The position numbers and the translations under genes were made by a program. Shown here piece by piece: positions 36,019 to 45,801 of a DNA stretch of 64,000 bases. The notes under the pieces were generated by a model. It was not told the origin of the DNA and did no database searches. It saw nothing but the letters and a program-made list of their open reading frames with translations. The DNA lies in the IMG/VR virus record IMGVR_UViG_3300047472_000309, positions 186,001 to 250,000 of that record; one strand, given 5' to 3'. Numbering within the stretch: the stretch's first letter is position 1; each line of letters opens with the position of its first letter.

Positions 36019-36465
36019 TCAGGTCGGCGAAATCACATCGAAGGTGACAATGTCCTTCACCTTGACTTCACCGTCTGCTTTAATGTCGCACAGCGCGCGA
36101 ATGCCCAGCGTGACAGGTACGTCATCTTCTAGCAATTGCTCCAGCGAGCCCTTCCAGCGCCCCGCGGGCTTCATGCAGGCGAGTAACCGGTTGTCTTCCA
36201 TCTTCACGTCGGTAATTTGACAACAGGTGTTACCCATCTCCACGGTCTGGCAGCGTTCTTTGTATTGTTCGTGGGACTGACCCGCATAGCGTGCAGGTTG
36301 ACCCAGCTCACCGTGCGCCCGACCCTGTTTTACGCGCGCATTGAACTTCTCCACGGCTTTCGCCATAGCTTCGGGGTTCCAGACTCGACCTAGTTGATCC
36401 GGCTGACCCAATACCTTCACCACCACTTCGAGCGAACCATCTTCTTTACGCACCAACTCCGTCAT
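36019..36465 (-). CDS. Prohead protease (T4 gp21/phiKZ gp175-like) homologue lacking the catalytic His and Ser
   Basis: GRVW...AM.KAV..F....GRAHGELGQP, then TLGIRA and IVTFDVI, against the family GELxHP / xSSRG / xTxD motifs. Confidence 0.7.
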   Translation of the reverse strand: MTELVRKEDGSLEVVVKVLGQPDQLGRVWNPEAMAKAVEKFNARVKQGRAHGELGQPARYAGQSHEQYKERCQTVEMGNTCCQITDVKMEDNRLLACMKPAGRWKGSLEQLLEDDVPVTLGIRALCDIKADGEVKVKDIVTFDVISPT

Positions 36466-36468
36466 GCT

Positions 36469-36816
36469 TTACTCCTTGCTATCTTGAATGGACGCAAAAA
36501 CCGCACGCAGCAATGTGGGCGGCTCCGCAGCCACCAACAGCGGTTCGATTTCTACGACGGGCTTATTCGGAAACGCCACCAGCGGCATTCTAAAACGCAT
36601 GCCGTCCCACAGCGTCCGAACATGCGTGATGACTTCGTGGAATGCTTCCGTCGATTCCATCACGCGTGTCTCCATGAGTGCGAGCACGTGGCGGGTTTCA
36701 CGCAATGCCAACATCGGCGTTACACCGCAACCGGGTTTGAGCGCCGTGCGGATCTTCCAACCGCCTACCTTATCCGTGGCTTCAAAGAAACCATTTACCA
36801 CCGCAGTCTCAATCAC
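36469..36816 (-). CDS. Hypothetical protein (start GTG 36816)
   Basis: AGGAG RBS; the track's extension overlaps trxA and a terminator. Confidence 0.6.
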   Translation of the reverse strand: MIETAVVNGFFEATDKVGGWKIRTALKPGCGVTPMLALRETRHVLALMETRVMESTEAFHEVITHVRTLWDGMRFRMPLVAFPNKPVVEIEPLLVAAEPPTLLRAVFASIQDSKE

Positions 36817-36853
36817 GTGCCTTACTCCTGTAATAGTCCAATCAATGGGGCAA

Positions 36854-36887
36854 CGGCATAAAAAAGAGACCAGCCGGAGCTGGTCTC
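36854..36887 (-). terminator. Terminator followed by TTTTTTATGCCG
   Basis: GAGACCAGC-TCCG-GCTGGTCTC. Confidence 0.85.
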
Positions 36888-36929
36888 GAAAAGCCTCGCC
36901 CGTCAAAGCGAGGTCCCCACGATGTCGGG

Positions 36930-37256
36930 TTAAACGTGCTGGTCGAGCCAGGCCTTCAACGCCTGCTTCGATAGCGCACCGGCTTTCTGCGCAACGATGG
37001 CGCCGTCCTTGTAGATGAAGAGTGCGGGAATACCGCGCACGCCGAGCTTGGTCGGAACAGCTTCGTTTTCGTCGACGTTCACTTTCACGATCTGCAGCTT
37101 CTCGGCGTATTCGGGCGCGATGTCCGCAAGCGTCGGGACCAGCGTCTTGCACGGACCGCACCACGGGGCCCAGAAGTCGACGAGCACCGGTTTGGACGAC
37201 TGCACTACCTCTGCTTCGAACGTCGCGTCAGAAGCGTTTTTGATGATTTCGCTCAT
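36930..37256 (-). CDS. trxA: Thioredoxin
   Basis: VLVDFWAPWCGPCK; GVRGIP cis-Pro motif. Confidence 0.97.
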   Translation of the reverse strand: MSEIIKNASDATFEAEVVQSSKPVLVDFWAPWCGPCKTLVPTLADIAPEYAEKLQIVKVNVDENEAVPTKLGVRGIPALFIYKDGAIVAQKAGALSKQALKAWLDQHV

Positions 37257-37324
37257 TGCTACTACAATCCTTGCTGTTAAGGGAGATGGGACACTGCATA
37301 GACATACAACAGTGTCCCGGCATG

Positions 37325-39205
37325 TTACAGCGTCGGCTCGTCAGCACCGATGAGATCCCCCGAGATATTCAGGTTCCCATTGATCACCACCGGCGTATCC
37401 GCCGCCACGACAATCACCACCTTCGCGTCGATCAGAGCCTGGACCCGCTCGTCGAGCTTGAGCAGGCGCGCTGCCATGTCTTCGGTCACGTAGTAGCGCA
37501 TCGAGTGATCAGCCAGGTCGTCGCCGGTGAGCGCCAGCACCATCTGCAGCACCTTGACCGTGAGGCGAGCCCGCGCGTCTTCGATGTTGGTGACATTGCT
37601 GACCGCTTCAAGCGTCACATGCGGCGCCGACACCATCGGCAGTTCGTCATCCGGCTGCGGCACGTTCACGCGCAAGCCTGCCGGAATCGGGCCACTGCCG
37701 AGCAGATGCAGGTTCATGCGGCGCAGCTGCGCGACTGTGGTATGGAACTCGATCGCCAGTTCGGTGATCTTGTCGCCTTCCTTCGCTTCGATGTAATACT
37801 GGTGCGTGACCGGATCGAAGATAGTCGGGCGGACTTGCGAAGGCTGCACGGTCGAGTCCACCCCGGCCAATGCTTCGAGCACAATGCGCGACCAGTTCTC
37901 GAACTTGAGTCCGCTCGCGAGCAGTTCCTTGATCGTGCCGCGCGGGCCGTCCTTCAGTTCTTCTTCTGCCACCCGTGCCTTGAGCGACTTGGGCACGACG
38001 ATCAGGTTCACTAGACCCAGGTGCACCTTGCCGACGTTATCGCTGTCGTCACGGATGAAACCGAGGTGTTCGAAGCGAAACAGCGACGGCGTATTGAGCG
38101 GGGTTGCTTGGAGACCGTCGGCGTCGACGAAGATGAGCTCTTCGCCTGCGACTTCGCGTTGCAGATTGGTGTTGATGGTCGCTTCGGTGTCGAGCACTGA
38201 CTGGTCGTTCACTTTGACGTCCAGATAATCGACGTGTCCGCCGTAGCCCACCGAGAACTTGCCACCGAGGCGCTCTTCGCCGACCTTCTTGGTGCGCTGA
38301 TACGAGGAGACTTCGTCGGTTTCCCAGTTGATCGGTAGCCCTTGACGGAAGGCTTCGTCGTCCTGAAACACGACCGGCGAATACGGCAGCAACTGACGGT
38401 AGAACGGATTGGCTTCCAGACCATCGCGCTGACGGATGACGGTCTCCGCACCGACGATGGAGAGCCACGTCTTGTATTCCTCAGCGCTTAAGCGCGTGAG
38501 GCCGTGCGTGAGTCCCATGCCGGGCAGATTGTCCGTGAAGTCCTTGTCGATGGCAAGGATGTGACCGGGGTGTTTATATGTCTTCATCGTGGTTCCTTTG
38601 TTTTTGTGAATCGATCGATGGGAAAGCATCTGGGCGAGAAATTCACTCGTCCAGCGCTCTTGCGGGGAAAGCAAACGCTTAGCCTGTTCCGCCTGCTGCC
38701 GCTCCTGCACCACCTGGGCGGGCTCATACGTGACGAAACTGTACTTGATACCGTGGATGCCTGAAGTGTGATCTTCACGCTGAGTCTCAGTCCACTGGGT
38801 CGGACGAATGGCCGGAAAGAAGGCATCACCCTCAAACTCTCGATCAATCTCGGTGATGAGGAGTTTGTCGGCCTTGGGTAAAGCTTGTTCGTAGAGGGTC
38901 GCACCGCCAATGAGAAACATCTCTTCCTCACCACGGTACTTACAGTATTCGATCGCGGCTTCCAGCGAGCCTGCGGTCAGACACCCTCTAAACTGCGCGG
39001 TCGCTTTGGTGGTCACGATAATGTTCTCGCGACCCGGCAAAGCGAAGCCGATGGACTCGTGCGTCTTGCGCCCCATGATGACGGGTTTGCCCGTCGTGAT
39101 GCGCTTAAAGTACGCCAAGTCCTCCGGCAGATGCCAGGGAAGTTGGTTGTTCAAACCAATCACACTGTTGCGGTCTCGCGCAGCGATGATGACAAGCTTA
39201 GTCAT
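37325..39205 (-). CDS. folA: Dihydrofolate reductase fused to a Nudix-like hydrolase and a LysM domain
   Basis: IG.NNQLPWHLPEDLAYFKRIT.GKPVIMGRKT, LPGRENI, IGGA, EGDAFFP; Nudix-like GGHVD...REVAGEEL...HLG; LysM KEGDKITELAIEFHTTVAQLRRMN...GLRVNVP. Confidence 0.88.
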   Translation of the reverse strand: MTKLVIIAARDRNSVIGLNNQLPWHLPEDLAYFKRITTGKPVIMGRKTHESIGFALPGRENIIVTTKATAQFRGCLTAGSLEAAIEYCKYRGEEEMFLIGGATLYEQALPKADKLLITEIDREFEGDAFFPAIRPTQWTETQREDHTSGIHGIKYSFVTYEPAQVVQERQQAEQAKRLLSPQERWTSEFLAQMLSHRSIHKNKGTTMKTYKHPGHILAIDKDFTDNLPGMGLTHGLTRLSAEEYKTWLSIVGAETVIRQRDGLEANPFYRQLLPYSPVVFQDDEAFRQGLPINWETDEVSSYQRTKKVGEERLGGKFSVGYGGHVDYLDVKVNDQSVLDTEATINTNLQREVAGEELIFVDADGLQATPLNTPSLFRFEHLGFIRDDSDNVGKVHLGLVNLIVVPKSLKARVAEEELKDGPRGTIKELLASGLKFENWSRIVLEALAGVDSTVQPSQVRPTIFDPVTHQYYIEAKEGDKITELAIEFHTTVAQLRRMNLHLLGSGPIPAGLRVNVPQPDDELPMVSAPHVTLEAVSNVTNIEDARARLTVKVLQMVLALTGDDLADHSMRYYVTEDMAARLLKLDERVQALIDAKVVIVVAADTPVVINGNLNISGDLIGADEPTL

Positions 39206-39218
39206 TACTAATCCTTGG

Positions 39219-39404
39219 TTATCCGATTTTGTTCATTGACTCTGTCATCACCCAAACGAGGATGCTGCCAAAGCTGACCAGCGTTGTCACGAGCGCACTG
39301 GTTTCTACCCGACAGACTATCCGGGACTTCTCTTCTCGCATGGCGCACATGGCGAACACAATGAGGGAGAGAACGAAAATCGAAAAGAGGGGGAAAAAGA
39401 TCAT
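39219..39404 (-). CDS. Small two-TM membrane protein
   Basis: Hydrophobic; ATGA overlap. Confidence 0.6.
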   Translation of the reverse strand: MIFFPLFSIFVLSLIVFAMCAMREEKSRIVCRVETSALVTTLVSFGSILVWVMTESMNKIG

Positions 39405-39871
39405 AAGCGTTTCAGCACGAAGAGCAGCACGCTACTTAAGAGCGCGAGCTGTCCGAACCAGATCAGAACTCCAGCGTAATGAAAATGTCTTGCCCGGATG
39501 CGCCGCGCTTGGGCGTGATCGGATCGACGATACTGACGAAATTGGCCTTCTGCCCGAAAGCAACACAGTAGCGCCAACAGAAAGAACAGTGCACTACTAA
39601 AGGACACCAGCGCACAACGTTCGAGCGGGGTGTCAGCATAAGCTGCCTCTACGCCGTAAAAAAGTTGTTGCGCCAGACTCAGCAGGAACTGCGCGAACCA
39701 CCAGGCTAAGGTCGCACCGGTAATACAGCAGCCCAGCAGAAACAAAAGAGAGCCCACGCGGTCGCTGGCGGTATATGGCTTGCCCTGCTTGTGCTCTTCT
39801 TGCGTGATCCCAAAACAACTCAGAAGGGTAAGACCCACGGCGAACATGCCCAGCCCCACGTAAAACCACAT
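39401..39871 (-). CDS. Four-TM membrane protein
   Basis: Four hydrophobic segments. Confidence 0.7.
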   Translation of the reverse strand: MWFYVGLGMFAVGLTLLSCFGITQEEHKQGKPYTASDRVGSLLFLLGCCITGATLAWWFAQFLLSLAQQLFYGVEAAYADTPLERCALVSFSSALFFLLALLCCFRAEGQFRQYRRSDHAQARRIRARHFHYAGVLIWFGQLALLSSVLLFVLKRL

Positions 39872-39890
39872 GAGCGCATCCTAAAAGGAA

Positions 39891-39915
39891 ATAAAGAAGA
39901 GGGCCGAAGCCCTCT
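39891..39915 (-). terminator. Terminator (UUCG loop)
   Basis: AGAGGGC-TTCG-GCCCTCT-TCTTTAT. Confidence 0.8.
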
Positions 39916-39928
39916 CCTCAGTTAGGGA

Positions 39929-41683
39929 TTACTCCCAACGGTCGATGATGATGGTGCGATCGCCAAACTCGGTCTTCACCTTCAGACGGCGGGGCTGTTG
40001 TCCGCTCGTGCCCTTCACAACCATGAGGCCGCACGCCTGACGCTTCATGTCACCTTCGAAGACGGCTTCGTTGGAATACGTTTCCACCACGCGCGAGATG
40101 TCGTACAGATCCTGCTTGAGCAGTTGCGGAAAGAGCGCAATGCCCTTATCGCGCCGCTCGTTCTGCTTGTCGTACGCGCCATCGATGATGAAGAGTGCCT
40201 GCTCGCCCAGGTGAGTGAACACCGACGGGCCGAACATATGCGGCGCCTTGACGATCGCCTGCACCTTGTGGTACTGGTTATCCGCCAGGTTCCACATGTC
40301 GGGCGTGGTGCCCACCAGGTTACCCCGGATGTCCTTCGACGAACGCTGATACATCGACACGGGGTTGCGGAAGTCGTCGAAGTCGTACATCAAGATCGGA
40401 GGCGCCTCCATATCGGCCGCAGTTGCCACCCCGGTGAAGAAGTTCGGCGCCCACGGGATGTAGATTTCGATCTCCAGCGCCTTCGGAAGCACTTCAGCCT
40501 GGAACTTGTTCCAGGACATCGTCACCGGCGGCAGCTTGAGGTCTTCTTGCTGCGTGTCGATGACGTCCTTGGTCTTCGGTGCCAGGTGGGCGAACACGCC
40601 AGCCGGACGCTCTTCTGCAGCGGGCGTGAAGTTCAGCAGATCACGCGCATCCCAATGGAACGCCTCCTTCGGGAGGTCCTCGAGGTACGCCACCCGCCGC
40701 CGCAGCGAATGCTGCACGCCCAGTTCCGCGACGCGCTTTTCAGCGATCTGGAGTTGGTTCATCGTGGGAGGAGCGACCGGACGACGGAAGACGTCGGCTT
40801 GCGTCTTCTTGCCGAACTTCTTCTTGATCACCTCGAACGACTTGCCTTCGAGCAGATCGTCCAAAACCGTACCGACCATGGTCTTGTTCGGATGGGCCCA
40901 ACCAGTCGCTGCGGTCGACACGGCACGCCAGAGCTTGTTCTCACGCGCGCGGCTGTTCTTTTCGGCTGCGCGCTCGACGGCCGTTTCGTAGAGCCAACGA
41001 CCCGAGCCTTCGATCAGTTCGTCGCCGGTGAGAACTTCCGCTTCGATGATCTGCATGAGCTTCTTGAGCGTGGCCACCGAACCCTTCTCAGTCTCGAAGA
41101 ACTGCGCCATCAGCTTGTAGTCTTCACGCAGTTGAGCCTGACGCTGACGCGGCGTGAGGCGACCCGTGTGTTGCAGCATCGACGGTACCATGATACCGAA
41201 GTGCTCGAAGCCACCCCTTTCGTACGCGCCCCAGATCTGCTTGTTGTCCTTGAAGGGACCGACCACCCGGCCCGATTCCACCACTTCTTGCATACGCTCG
41301 ACGAGCGTGAAGTAGTAGTTATCCGTCGGGAACGTTGTCGAATCCCACAGGACTGACTTGGTCTTGCCGTCCTTGTCGATCATGACGGTACCGGCGTAGT
41401 GCTTCATGAACGAGCCACAGCACGAGCAGGTGTGGTAAGCACGCTCGTCTTCGGTCAGTGCGCCCAGATAGACGTGATTGAGCGTCACATCCACCGAAAT
41501 CTTGTTTTCGACCATTTGCGGGGTCGGCTTCATTTCCGTCTTGGTGCGGAAGAGCGACGTACGACCTTCGGAAAGACGCTGGTCGAGCGTACGCTGCATG
41601 TGCCTCACGAGCGCCTTGTAATCGGCGTCGTACTTCGTGAACGGCTTTGTGGTGCCGGTCGAACCAGCTTGCACTTGTTCCAT
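39929..41683 (-). CDS. Large conserved hypothetical protein with a HxCxCC motif
   Basis: 584 aa; YHTCSCCGSFMKHY, GGFEHF, FRRPVAPPT. Confidence 0.8.
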   Translation of the reverse strand: MEQVQAGSTGTTKPFTKYDADYKALVRHMQRTLDQRLSEGRTSLFRTKTEMKPTPQMVENKISVDVTLNHVYLGALTEDERAYHTCSCCGSFMKHYAGTVMIDKDGKTKSVLWDSTTFPTDNYYFTLVERMQEVVESGRVVGPFKDNKQIWGAYERGGFEHFGIMVPSMLQHTGRLTPRQRQAQLREDYKLMAQFFETEKGSVATLKKLMQIIEAEVLTGDELIEGSGRWLYETAVERAAEKNSRARENKLWRAVSTAATGWAHPNKTMVGTVLDDLLEGKSFEVIKKKFGKKTQADVFRRPVAPPTMNQLQIAEKRVAELGVQHSLRRRVAYLEDLPKEAFHWDARDLLNFTPAAEERPAGVFAHLAPKTKDVIDTQQEDLKLPPVTMSWNKFQAEVLPKALEIEIYIPWAPNFFTGVATAADMEAPPILMYDFDDFRNPVSMYQRSSKDIRGNLVGTTPDMWNLADNQYHKVQAIVKAPHMFGPSVFTHLGEQALFIIDGAYDKQNERRDKGIALFPQLLKQDLYDISRVVETYSNEAVFEGDMKRQACGLMVVKGTSGQQPRRLKVKTEFGDRTIIIDRWE

Positions 41684-41730
41684 TTCTAATTAACTTCCTA
41701 ACGTGATGGGGTGATTTACTGCTTGACGTT

Positions 41731-42888
41731 TTACTGCCTTTGCATCGCCATACTCATGGTCACCGGATAATCGTTGACCAGCTGGATATGCTGCGTGAGG
41801 AATTCACGCGCTTCTGCTTGCTGCGGCGGGGTACCAACCAACCCCATAACCACGGCCTTCTGGATCGTAGTCGGGTCCGTCAATGCTGAGACAGCGTAGA
41901 TGGGTTTGGTTGCCACAACGGCAGCCGCTAACTGCTGGGGTGTGGCGCCCGCGGGAAGACGAGCAAGGTTTTCGATGATGCGCTCAGTCGACTGCGGGTA
42001 CTCCTTCGTGTTGCGTCCGCAGCAGCCTTCCAGCACCGCCTGGTTCGGACATTCCGCGCAGGTAAATTCCTTAACGGAACTGACATCCGGCACACCGAGA
42101 TCCGTGTGGACCTTGACTTGCTCGGGAGCCGCATTCGCGATCGACGGCTTGCGTTTGCAGTCCTGATCATTGAGCGGCCGGTTACGCGTGCAACAGTTCT
42201 TCGGGTCAGCACAGTCCGACTGAGCCGAAGCATTGCCTGCCAATACTTCCGGCTTGACAACATGCGGATTAACCGTACCCGCGACTCGTTGCACCACCGA
42301 TTCGAGACTCACGTGCCCGTAGCAGATCTCGTTGGCGAACTGCTTGAAGGCCTGCGCGAGACTGATGCTGTCCGGCGAACCGAGATCCTTCATCAGTCGC
42401 TTGATGATCTCTTCCTGCTGGCTCGCACTGACGCGATTGACGAGTGACGGCTCGTGCAGGTGCGCCACCGCGGAGCCCAGCTTGACAATCCAGGTCTGAT
42501 CGTCCTTGATGGGCGACGGCTCGACTTTGCGCAAGTACTTGACCCAGTCGGCCTCGTACTGGATTTCGTAGGGCTGGCCCGGTGCGACCACGACATCGAC
42601 CCTCGACGTCTGCTTGGCCTTGTTGATCAGGTGGTCCAGCGAGATGCCGACATTGTCCGTCACCATTTCCCGCGGCAGGAACCAGCCTGCTTCGGTGAAC
42701 TTGCTGGAACGCTCTGCATCCAGTTCGGTTTGCCGATTCGCTAACGCGATCTCGTGATTGCGAAGCTGGTCCTCCAGTTCCGCGATCTTGCTCTTGAGCG
42801 CATCGACCACTTCTTCCCGATACACCGTTGCCGTACACGCCATCGCTTCCTCGTACGTCATGCGAGCCTGTTGTTGTTCTGCGCTCAC
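41731..42888 (-). CDS. Hypothetical coiled-coil/Cys-containing protein (start GTG 42888)
   Basis: AGGAG RBS; TAG/GTG overlap with the upstream gene. Confidence 0.7.
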   Translation of the reverse strand: MSAEQQQARMTYEEAMACTATVYREEVVDALKSKIAELEDQLRNHEIALANRQTELDAERSSKFTEAGWFLPREMVTDNVGISLDHLINKAKQTSRVDVVVAPGQPYEIQYEADWVKYLRKVEPSPIKDDQTWIVKLGSAVAHLHEPSLVNRVSASQQEEIIKRLMKDLGSPDSISLAQAFKQFANEICYGHVSLESVVQRVAGTVNPHVVKPEVLAGNASAQSDCADPKNCCTRNRPLNDQDCKRKPSIANAAPEQVKVHTDLGVPDVSSVKEFTCAECPNQAVLEGCCGRNTKEYPQSTERIIENLARLPAGATPQQLAAAVVATKPIYAVSALTDPTTIQKAVVMGLVGTPPQQAEAREFLTQHIQLVNDYPVTMSMAMQRQ

Positions 42889-43700
42889 TACGTTCTCCTG
42901 TTGAATAGTTTTCTGAGCCACTTGCCCGGACGATTCCACCACATGTGGCCGTGCACGTAACCCTGGTTCTTGTCTGCCATTTCCTGCATGAGCTTCGGAT
43001 CGCTGAACACGCGTCGATAAATCTCATTCACCTCACTGCTTGTCTTAACGAGACCATCCGCGTTGACCAGACCGGCTGCGTCAGTCGGCAAGTTCTCCAG
43101 CGACTTCAGAGCTTCGTCCAGATGCTCCTGTGGCGTCTTGAGCTTCCAGTGCTTCCAACAAATCTCGTCGTCACTGCATTTCTCTTTGACGAACTTGATG
43201 CGCGCCATGTCGAAATAGTAGAGTTCTTCCGGCCAATGGGGAAACTTCATGTTACTGCGCGTGGCTATTTTCCACCATGGGTCGTCGGTCTCCATATTCT
43301 CGACCATGGTGTAGCGTGCTCCGACCCATTCCTCGATCTGCCAGAACTCCTTGAACGCCGAAAGCTCTTTATGAAAGAACTCCTCGGCGATAGCGGGATC
43401 GAAGTAGCGCATCGCCCGCTGGTAGAACTCCGGCTTGAAAGTCTTCGGCGTGTACCACGGACTGTCAGGCCACGCCGGTTGCTCACATTCAGCCACCGTA
43501 AAATTCAGCGCCGTCTTGATGCCCACGATCACGGCTTGCAAGCAAGCACGATTGAACTGAATGCGGCGCGCTTCTGCGGCGGCTTCTTCCCGGCGTTTTG
43601 CGTACAATGCCTGAATAGTGCCCACTCGTTCAGTGATCGCGGCTTTCTGCCGACGAAAGCGTCCCGGATTCACGGTGTGCTCGAAACTGTAAGTGCTCAT
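42888..43700 (-). CDS. Hypothetical protein (start MSTYSFEH)
   Basis: AAGGAAGC RBS; the track's extension overlaps tmk. Confidence 0.7.
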   Translation of the reverse strand: MSTYSFEHTVNPGRFRRQKAAITERVGTIQALYAKRREEAAAEARRIQFNRACLQAVIVGIKTALNFTVAECEQPAWPDSPWYTPKTFKPEFYQRAMRYFDPAIAEEFFHKELSAFKEFWQIEEWVGARYTMVENMETDDPWWKIATRSNMKFPHWPEELYYFDMARIKFVKEKCSDDEICWKHWKLKTPQEHLDEALKSLENLPTDAAGLVNADGLVKTSSEVNEIYRRVFSDPKLMQEMADKNQGYVHGHMWWNRPGKWLRKLFNRRT

Positions 43701-43725
43701 CCTGCTTCCTTGTTTTTTTTGTACC

Positions 43726-44460
43726 TTAAGCGGCTGTCGCGCTCTTGTCGATCCACTCCTGCACAAAGCGGGAGAGGTCAGGTCGATCCGGGTAGCCGAA
43801 CTGTGGCATGTTCTCACCGGTGTGGCAGGGGAGCACGTCCCATTCCAACCAGGAATTGATCTGCATGTCGACGTAGATGGGTGCCATGTTCGCATCCACC
43901 CGGTAGACGTTCTTGAAGAGCTTCTCGTCGTAGGCCTTCTTGAAGCCCTCGTTGACGCGCTTCTTGAAAGCGATCCCTTCCTGGTCGATGCGGTCGCTCT
44001 TGCCATTCTCGGCCGCACGTGTTTCAAGACGCTTGACGCCTTCTTCCACGTCCACGTCAAAGTAAGCGACAAAGTCAGGCCAGGCGCCGTTACGAGCGAA
44101 GGTGTCCAGCATCGTCACATCCGGTCCAAGACCACGCGCGACTTGCTGATACGCGTAGCTTGACATCGAGAAGCGATCACACAGCACGATGTAGCCTGCT
44201 TCCAGCGCCGGTTTGATCATCTGTTCGACGTGTTGAGCACGCGCTGCGGCAAAGAGCAGCATCTCGCAACGTGGTACGCAATACTGCGTCAGGATGATGT
44301 CCCGAATCTCTTCACTTACCGGCGTGCCGCCTGGTTCGCGGGTCTTAACCACCTTGTAGCCCTGCTTCGTCAGACGCTCGTAGGTAGCATTCAACGAAGT
44401 CGTCTTGCCTGCACCGTCCGGTCCTTCAAACGCGATCCAAATACCCCGAGTATTGCTCAT
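43726..44460 (-). CDS. tmk: Thymidylate (dTMP) kinase
   Basis: FEGPDGAGKTT, TREPGGT, LLFAAAR, VLCDRF.MSSYAYQ. Confidence 0.95.
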   Translation of the reverse strand: MSNTRGIWIAFEGPDGAGKTTSLNATYERLTKQGYKVVKTREPGGTPVSEEIRDIILTQYCVPRCEMLLFAAARAQHVEQMIKPALEAGYIVLCDRFSMSSYAYQQVARGLGPDVTMLDTFARNGAWPDFVAYFDVDVEEGVKRLETRAAENGKSDRIDQEGIAFKKRVNEGFKKAYDEKLFKNVYRVDANMAPIYVDMQINSWLEWDVLPCHTGENMPQFGYPDRPDLSRFVQEWIDKSATAA

Positions 44461-44477
44461 TGCTTTTTTCACCAAAG

Positions 44478-44521
44478 AATAAAAAGGGAGACACCCCAAC
44501 TCCTGTGCTAGAAGTGTCTCC
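44478..44521 (-). terminator. Probable terminator
   Basis: GGAGACAC/GTGTCTCC stem followed by CTTTTTATT on the minus strand. Confidence 0.55.
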
Positions 44522-44531
44522 ATAAAACGGG

Positions 44532-45383
44532 TTAAGCCGCGACTGGTTCCGTGCTTGCCAGTAGCTGCAGCGTCAGATGATCACAACGGACATATGAGGC
44601 TGGGATCTTGATGCCTGACATCACAGCGTAGGCAGTCGCGAGGGACTGGATCACGTTGGTATTGAGCAGCGTGACACCCTTCAGTACATCACGATAGCCG
44701 GTAAGATTTCTCGAGAAGACCGACAGGCACGGAAACTCATCAGCTTGCGCTGCCGCGAGAATCAATGCCCCGACACTGGGCATCAGGTACGCATAGGTGC
44801 GCGCATCCAGGTCAGGACACTCGCGTTTACCCAGCAGGTTGGTCACTTCCTGATGCACTTGTTGTTCACTCACGGCCCGCAGCGCCATATCGAAGTCCAG
44901 ACGCACCCAGAGGGCCTTGGTGCGGTTGTCTACCATACGGAGGACCTTGGGTATGCGTACATCATGGAAGGCCGCTGAGGCCGTTATAGCGCGTTTGGCA
45001 TCTAGCAAGCGTGCTTCGTCCATGTGACCCAATTCGAGAATCCATTGGGCGAAATCTGCCGGGCTCGGCTTGGTCGTGTACTTTTCCAAAGCAGGCGGAA
45101 ACTCGCGCGGCACATCGTAGTTGCCACTGCGGTCACGGTAGCTGCGCATCTCCTCGGCGGTGACACTGATGAACTGATCCTCGGGGTTGGGTGTGGCGGG
45201 AAGCGGCAAAGCACGCACCAAACGTCGGACCTGGCGTTTAGTAAATTGCAGGCTACTGATCACGTAGAGAATAAACGCAATGCGCCAGTACAGATCGGTC
45301 GCACGCAACTGGCTCTTGGCTTGAGTCACCAAGGGCGTCAAGTCCTGCATTAACAAATCAAGGTAAGACACAGTAATCCCCAA
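44532..45383 (-). CDS. Hypothetical early protein
   Basis: 283 aa, directly downstream of the TATATTAC motif; start uncertain. Confidence 0.7.
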   Translation of the reverse strand: MGITVSYLDLLMQDLTPLVTQAKSQLRATDLYWRIAFILYVISSLQFTKRQVRRLVRALPLPATPNPEDQFISVTAEEMRSYRDRSGNYDVPREFPPALEKYTTKPSPADFAQWILELGHMDEARLLDAKRAITASAAFHDVRIPKVLRMVDNRTKALWVRLDFDMALRAVSEQQVHQEVTNLLGKRECPDLDARTYAYLMPSVGALILAAAQADEFPCLSVFSRNLTGYRDVLKGVTLLNTNVIQSLATAYAVMSGIKIPASYVRCDHLTLQLLASTEPVAA

Positions 45384-45406
45384 ACGGTGGTTATATTGCT
45401 AAGTTA

Positions 45407-45421
45407 GTAATATAGGGCTAA
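45407..45421 (-). promoter_or_regulatory. Phage early-promoter-like motif TTAGCCCTATATTAC
   Basis: Contains the exact phiKZ early consensus TATATTAC. Confidence 0.8.
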
Positions 45422-45480
45422 CTTTCGTTGTAATGACAAAAAAAGAGTGTCGGTCAGGACACTCTTCACCCACGCCTTCG

Positions 45481-45801
45481 TTACCGAAGGCGCAGGCGAG
45501 CAGCCGCAAGGCTACCGGAGAGACGTTTGATCAGAAAGGCACTGCGACCCCGTTTGACTTCAAGCGTGGTGGCGGGCATCGACATGCGATCGAGCTGACG
45601 GAACAGCCGATCATTCATCGTGCGATCATGCGCGCTCAGGCGATGGGGCTTGTCCGCCAGAAAGCCGATGTGGGCAATGCCCTGCTGCGTGTCGTAATGG
45701 ACGACGCCGTGGCGCTTGTCTTTGCTCATCTGTGCGGAGACACCGAGCTGCACCGAGTTATCGTGAAAACCGAGGTAGTCAAGCAACTTGAAGAGCATCA
45801 T
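45481..45801 (-). CDS. Hypothetical protein
   Basis: 106 aa; AGGAG RBS. Confidence 0.6.
   Translation of the reverse strand: MMLFKLLDYLGFHDNSVQLGVSAQMSKDKRHGVVHYDTQQGIAHIGFLADKPHRLSAHDRTMNDRLFRQLDRMSMPATTLEVKRGRSAFLIKRLSGSLAAARLRLR

Noticed and set aside
34552-44523. Long N-terminal extensions in track ORFs 34552..35316, 36469..37164, 42888..44072 and 43726..44523
   Set aside because: They overlap neighbouring genes or terminators; downstream starts with good RBSs were used instead.
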